Below, in pieces: positions 59,431 through 64,000 of a stretch of 64,000 bases of DNA (the stretch's first letter is position 1; each line of letters opens with the position of its first letter). Position numbers and translations under genes: made by a program. The stretch comes from the human T2T-CHM13v2.0 reference genome, Homo sapiens, in NCBI RefSeq assembly GCF_009914755.1, contig NC_060947.1; one strand, written 5' to 3'. The notes below the pieces were generated by a model. The model was not told the origin of the DNA. It saw only the letters and a program-made list of their open reading frames with translations, and searched no databases.

Positions 59431-59712
59431 CTAGGAAGGGACGGATGTGTAAAAGAATGCCTGGACATCAGGCACCTCAGACCATTTGCCCATTTTTTGA
59501 CAAAAATTATTTAGGTCTTGTAGGATGGAGAAATCGAAAGTGCCATTTTCTGGCCATTTAGAGCCATTGTCAAGTTTGTATTGGGGCCAAGCGGTGTTGC
59601 AGAAGAAAATGAGGCATTTAGGTTTTAGGTCAGGTGTGAGTTGAAGAGGTTTTAAGTTCTTGAGCACACAGGCTAAGGGAGAAGGAGGAATGGAGGATGG
59701 AAGGTTGCCCAT
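59431..59712 (-). CDS. gag: truncated HERV-H Gag (matrix region), 93 aa
   Basis: ATG at 59712; MGNLPS myristoylation consensus; FFCNTAWPQYKL..KWPENGTFD MA motifs; translation not demonstrable from sequence. Confidence 0.55.
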   Translation of the reverse strand: MGNLPSSIPPSPLACVLKNLKPLQLTPDLKPKCLIFFCNTAWPQYKLDNGSKWPENGTFDFSILQDLNNFCQKMGKWSEVPDVQAFFYTSVPS

Positions 59713-59739
59713 AGTGAAGGAAGCAAACCCAGAGAAAAG

Positions 59740-60200
59740 AGAGCGTAAAGACACGGAGGGAAGGGGTTTGGGGTTTCTTGCCCCCTAGAAAAGTGGGACT
59801 TGCTGCTAAGGGTGAAGGAGAAGGGGTTAAGGGGTACTTGCCCCTGCCCCAGGAAAGCAGGACTTGCCACTAAGGGTGAAGGAGAAGGGGTTGGGGGGTA
59901 CTTGCCCCTGCCCCCTAGAAAAGCGGGACTTACCGCTAAGGGTGAAGGAGAAGGGGTTGAGGGGTACTTGCCCCTGCCCCAGAAAAGCAGAGAAGGGGTA
60001 GAGACAAGGAGAGAAGGGGTTGGGGTACTTGCCCTGTCCCCAGAAAAGCAGAGAAGGAGTAGAGACACGGAGAGAAGGGGTTGGGGTACTTGCCCTGTCC
60101 CCGGAAAAGCAGAGAAGGGGTAGAGACACGGAGAGAAGGGGTTGGGGTACTTGCCCCTTCCCCAGAAAAGCGGGACTTGCTGCTAAGGGTGAAGGACCAA
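59740..60200 (-). repeat. HERV-H leader tandem repeats (~60-bp units)
   Basis: Repeated GAAGGGGTT...GGGGTACTTGCCCCT...GAAAAGC units on plus. Confidence 0.88.
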
Positions 60201-60648
60201 GGCAGTTGTCCCTGCGTGGTCTGACACCCTTGAAACGTGGGTGTATAATCAGAGAGGCATCCCTGCAATGATTAAACACCAAGGGAAGGCTGCCTTCCCA
60301 GTCTGTGACCAGCGCCGGAGTTTTGGGTCCACGGATAAAACGTGTCTCTTTTGTCTCTACCAGAAAATGAAAGGAATTGAAATTAAGAGAAGGGAGAGAT
60401 TGAAGTGTAGTGCCAAGATTGAAAGGAGAAAGTGGTTGAGGGATAGTGAGGGAAGTTGGAGAAGAGAGTAAAAAGAGGCTGCTTACCAGATTTGAAATTG
60501 GTGAGATGTTTCTTGGGCTCGTCGGTCTGAGGACCTGAGGTCGTAGGTGGATCTTTCTCAGGGAGCAAAGAGCAGGAGGACGGAGGATTGATCTCCCAAG
60601 GGAGGTCCCCCGATCCGAGTCATGGCACCAAATTTCATGTGCGTCCAT
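59827..60648 (-). CDS. candidate 273-aa ORF spanning U5, PBS and leader of HERV-H
   Basis: In-frame ATG at 60648 within the 304-aa ORF-track entry; 822 nt without a stop; no domain recognised. Confidence 0.35.
   Translation of the reverse strand: MDAHEIWCHDSDRGTSLGRSILRPPALCSLRKIHLRPQVLRPTSPRNISPISNLVSSLFLLSSPTSLTIPQPLSPFNLGTTLQSLPSLNFNSFHFLVETKETRFIRGPKTPALVTDWEGSLPLVFNHCRDASLIIHPRFKGVRPRRDNCLGPSPLAASPAFLGKGQVPQPLLSVSLPLLCFSGDRASTPTPSLRVSTPSLLFWGQGKYPNPFSPCLYPFSAFLGQGQVPLNPFSFTLSGKSRFSRGQGQVPPNPFSFTLSGKSCFPGAGASTP
60481..60489 (-). promoter_or_regulatory. HERV-H major splice donor
   Basis: CTG|GTAAGC on minus (GT at 60486-60485), ~145 nt after the 5' LTR. Confidence 0.75.
60613..60630 (-). 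other. primer-binding site, tRNA-His (one mismatch)
   Basis: TGGTGCCATGACTCGGAT versus canonical TGGTGCCGTGACTCGGAT. Confidence 0.92.
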
Positions 60649-61082
60649 GTGAAGAGACCACCAAACAGGCTTTGTGTGAGCAACATGGCTGTTTATTTCA
60701 CCTGGGTGCAGGCGGGCTGAGTCCGAAAAGAGAGTCAGCAAAGGGAGATAGGGGTGGGGCCGTTTTATAGGATTTGGGAAGGTAATGGAAAATTACAGTC
60801 AAAGGGGGTTGTTCTCTGGTGGGCAGGGGTGGATCTCACAAAGTACATTCTCAAGGGTGGGGAGAATTACAAAGGACCTTCTTAAGGGTGGGGGAGATTA
60901 CAAAGTACATTGATCAGTTAGGGTGGGGCAGGAACAAATCACAATGGTGGAATGTCATCAGTTAAGGTGGGGCAGGGCATATTCACTTCTTTTGTGATTC
61001 TTCAGTTACTTCAGGCCATCTGGGCGTATACATGCAAGTCACAGGGGATGCGATGGCTTGGCTTGGGCTCAGAGGCCTGACA
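60633..61082 (-). promoter_or_regulatory. HERV-H 5' LTR (LTR7-type, 450 bp), promoter
   Basis: TATAAAA at 60769-60763, multiple CCCCACC GT-boxes, ACAAAAG SOX-like site; followed by the PBS. Confidence 0.93.
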
Positions 61083-61294
61083 ATGACCTGCTCTGTATGT
61101 CCTCATGTAACATTATTGCCAACGAAATAGATGCTCTGAAATACAACTACTAACTTAAACTAACTCTGAAATGTTTCATCTCTGCTCTGATTCATGCCAT
61201 AATTATTTTCAAACAGAGAGATAAGCAGAACTCCGAACTGTTAAATCCCTTAGAAAGCCCACAGCCCAGTGCACCCTTAAAGAAAGGGAAATAG

Positions 61295-61679
<385 letters not shown>

Positions 61680-61811
61680 TTAGCCCAGCGAGGTTTCCAA
61701 ACCTCTCTTTAATTACAACAGACCTACCTCAACATTCGGCCATGTAATCTGTAGCTCAAATGTCAACATCATTCTCAGCTAAGCCATGCAGTAGAGAAAG
61801 GCTCAATTATG

Positions 61812-61978
61812 TTTCTAAGCTTGGCTGCACCTTAGAATCACTTGGAAGCTTTGGAGAAAGAAATGCCTCTGAGTCCCACTATCAGAGACTTACTTAAGTG
61901 TTTTGAAATGCACCTGCGGAAATGTGAAATTTTAAAGGTTTCAGGTGATGCTAATATGCAGGTAAGTCCAAGAACTCT
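61812..61978. mobile_element. MER5-type hAT MITE
   Basis: CTTGGCTGCACCTTAGAATCACTTGG...CAGGTGATGCTAATATGCAG quasi-palindrome. Confidence 0.65.
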
Positions 61979-62184
61979 ACGTATTCCTAGAAATGTGCGT
62001 TCCGTGGTCACCCATGATGCTTTTCGCATGGGCTATCACTATTTTTATGCGTGCATCGAGCATGATACTTTATGTAAGCGCGGGACATGTTAATATGCAT
62101 TGTAAAAAGTTGCCTTGCTAATGTTCAATGCACATTTGCATAACCTCTTAGTGCCATCTTCATGGGGCATGCCATATCAGACAA

Positions 62185-62203
62185 TGGCCAGCAGGTGGCG
62201 ATG
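62185..62203 (+). promoter_or_regulatory. candidate CTCF site
   Basis: TGGCCAGCAGGTGGCGATG closely matches the CCASYAGRKGGCR core. Confidence 0.55.
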
Positions 62204-63446
62204 TTGATTTGAGTTGCTGAGAAGTGAAATTTTCCTTAAAAATCTGGCATCTTCAAGTGACCCCCTCAAGGGCTTTGCTTTGTTTTAACTACACCTGCCA
62301 ACACCTGGAGAGGGTCAATTGTGCATAATGAGCGTTCATATGGAGGTGCCGAAACCACAACTTTGTCATGGTATTTGTTCAAACCATGCAAATGCTTCAA
62401 TCATCTCTATTTGTTCAATGTTTAGGGTGCCATGAAAACATAAATATCTAAATGCAGTCTTTCCAGACAGATATTTGGTGATGGGCATTGATTCCAGAAA
62501 AGGGGCATTCTCCGAAAAGATGCTGAGGAGGAGAGCAAATATAGCTTTTGTGAAGAAATGTTTACCCGGGTGGGACAAAGAGAAGCACAATTGAGGCTGG
62601 AAGTTGAATCCAGCTGAAAAGAGATGCATTTAGCCTAATTAAGTTAATGGACCCTTCACTGAATTGAACAGAATTTTTAGTTCCTGTACATTAAAAAAAT
62701 GGAACACCACCAAAAAAAAAAAAAAAAAGATGGGAGAAAAGAATTAGATTTTCACCCATCAGAGATGAATTTGAAATGCTAATATGACCAGGTTAGAACT
62801 AGGAAAAAGACATAACTGGGAATATTTTTGGAGCATTCACTTAGTTCCCAGATTCAGTGAAGTGGTTATAGACAGCATTGTAAATCGTATTGGCTGGATT
62901 TTTCTTCCACACATAACAGTACAGGCATTAGACTATTAATTAAGTAACTCGTTCATTCATTGAAGCTAGATCGAGCACCTACTGTGTGGTAAAGACTGCA
63001 TACTGTGTAGCCCTATGGAGACTAAAGGAGATTACTTTCAGTTCTTTCTGTAAGTTGTTCTTCCACCTCCGGTGCTAGATCTAAGGTCACCTACCCATCA
63101 GCTTGGTCTCTATCCCCTTCTCCATGTTAATAAATATTCCTGACATATAATAAATTTATGGACAGAAACTACAACTTCACTCAGACTAATTATTTTAAAG
63201 GATATGTCTATCTTTAAAAAACGCATTTGAACATTTTACTGAAAGCCAGCAATTTAAACTTAGTGTTTAAACAGATCAACTTGAAGCCCTTCTTTACAAA
63301 ATAAAAAGTTTAGCCTTCTAGCTTAAACTTAGGATGTAGAAAGCTTGTAAGAAGATCATCGCTCCAACAATCACGGCAAAATCAAGGACACATCATAAAC
63401 TAAATCTAAAGTTTCTTGAATCTGTCAGAAAACTCCAGTTTTAGGG

Positions 63447-63768
63447 TATGGTGGGTAATATTAGGTGTCAACTATTGAGGGACGCCTAGACAGCTGATAA
63501 AGTATTGTTTCTGGGTGTGTCTGTGAGGGTGTTGCCAGAGGAGATTGACATTGAGTCGGTGGGGTGGGAGAGGAAGACCCACCCTCAGTGTGGATGGGCA
63601 CCATCTAATTGGCTACCAGTGTGGCTAAAGCAAAGCAGATGGTTAGAAGGTGGGAGAAGCTGGCTTGCTGGGTCTTCTGGCTTTCATCTCTCTCCCATGT
63701 TGGATGCTTCACTCTGTTCCTCCTGCCCTTGGACATGAGACTCCAGGTTCTTTGGCTTTTGGACTCTT
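63447..63768 (+). mobile_element. MLT2B-type (ERVL) LTR, interrupted by an Alu
   Basis: GTAATATTAGGTGTCAAC, CTGGGTGTGTCTGTGAGGGTGTTGCCAGAGGAGATT; homologous to MLT2A at 33672. Confidence 0.82.

Positions 63769-64000
<232 letters not shown>

Larger units (their letters stand above)
55237..61082 (-). mobile_element. HERV-H provirus (common ~5.8-kb deleted form)
   Basis: Two LTR7-type LTRs, perfect ATGAC TSD (55232-55236, 61083-61087), tRNA-His PBS, PPT, gag/pro/pol remnants. Confidence 0.97.

Overview
Primate (very probably human) AT-rich, gene-poor DNA; no host protein-coding gene, RNA gene or CRISPR-like array is supportable. About half of the window is interspersed repeats (Alu, old L1, MaLR/ERVL/ERV1 LTRs, Tigger/MER47/MADE1/MER5 DNA transposons) plus several unusually large complex microsatellites. 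The dominant feature is a 5,846-bp HERV-H provirus on the minus strand (55237-61082, ATGAC target-site duplications) with LTR7-type LTRs, a tRNA-His PBS, degenerate gag/pro/pol and almost no env. Its notable properties are a 273-codon U5/leader ORF whose ATG exists only in the 5' LTR, a 93-aa myristoylation-competent truncated Gag, discordant U3 blocks between the two LTRs, and a CTCF/octamer cluster about 1.1 kb upstream. From memory it resembles the Xp22.3 HERV-H reported as expressed in gastrointestinal cancers; this is unverified. I found no convincing wholly new biological system; the best candidates are the de novo ERV leader ORF and several small rearrangement signatures. Repeat subfamily names are by-eye recognitions and boundaries without a stated TSD are approximate.
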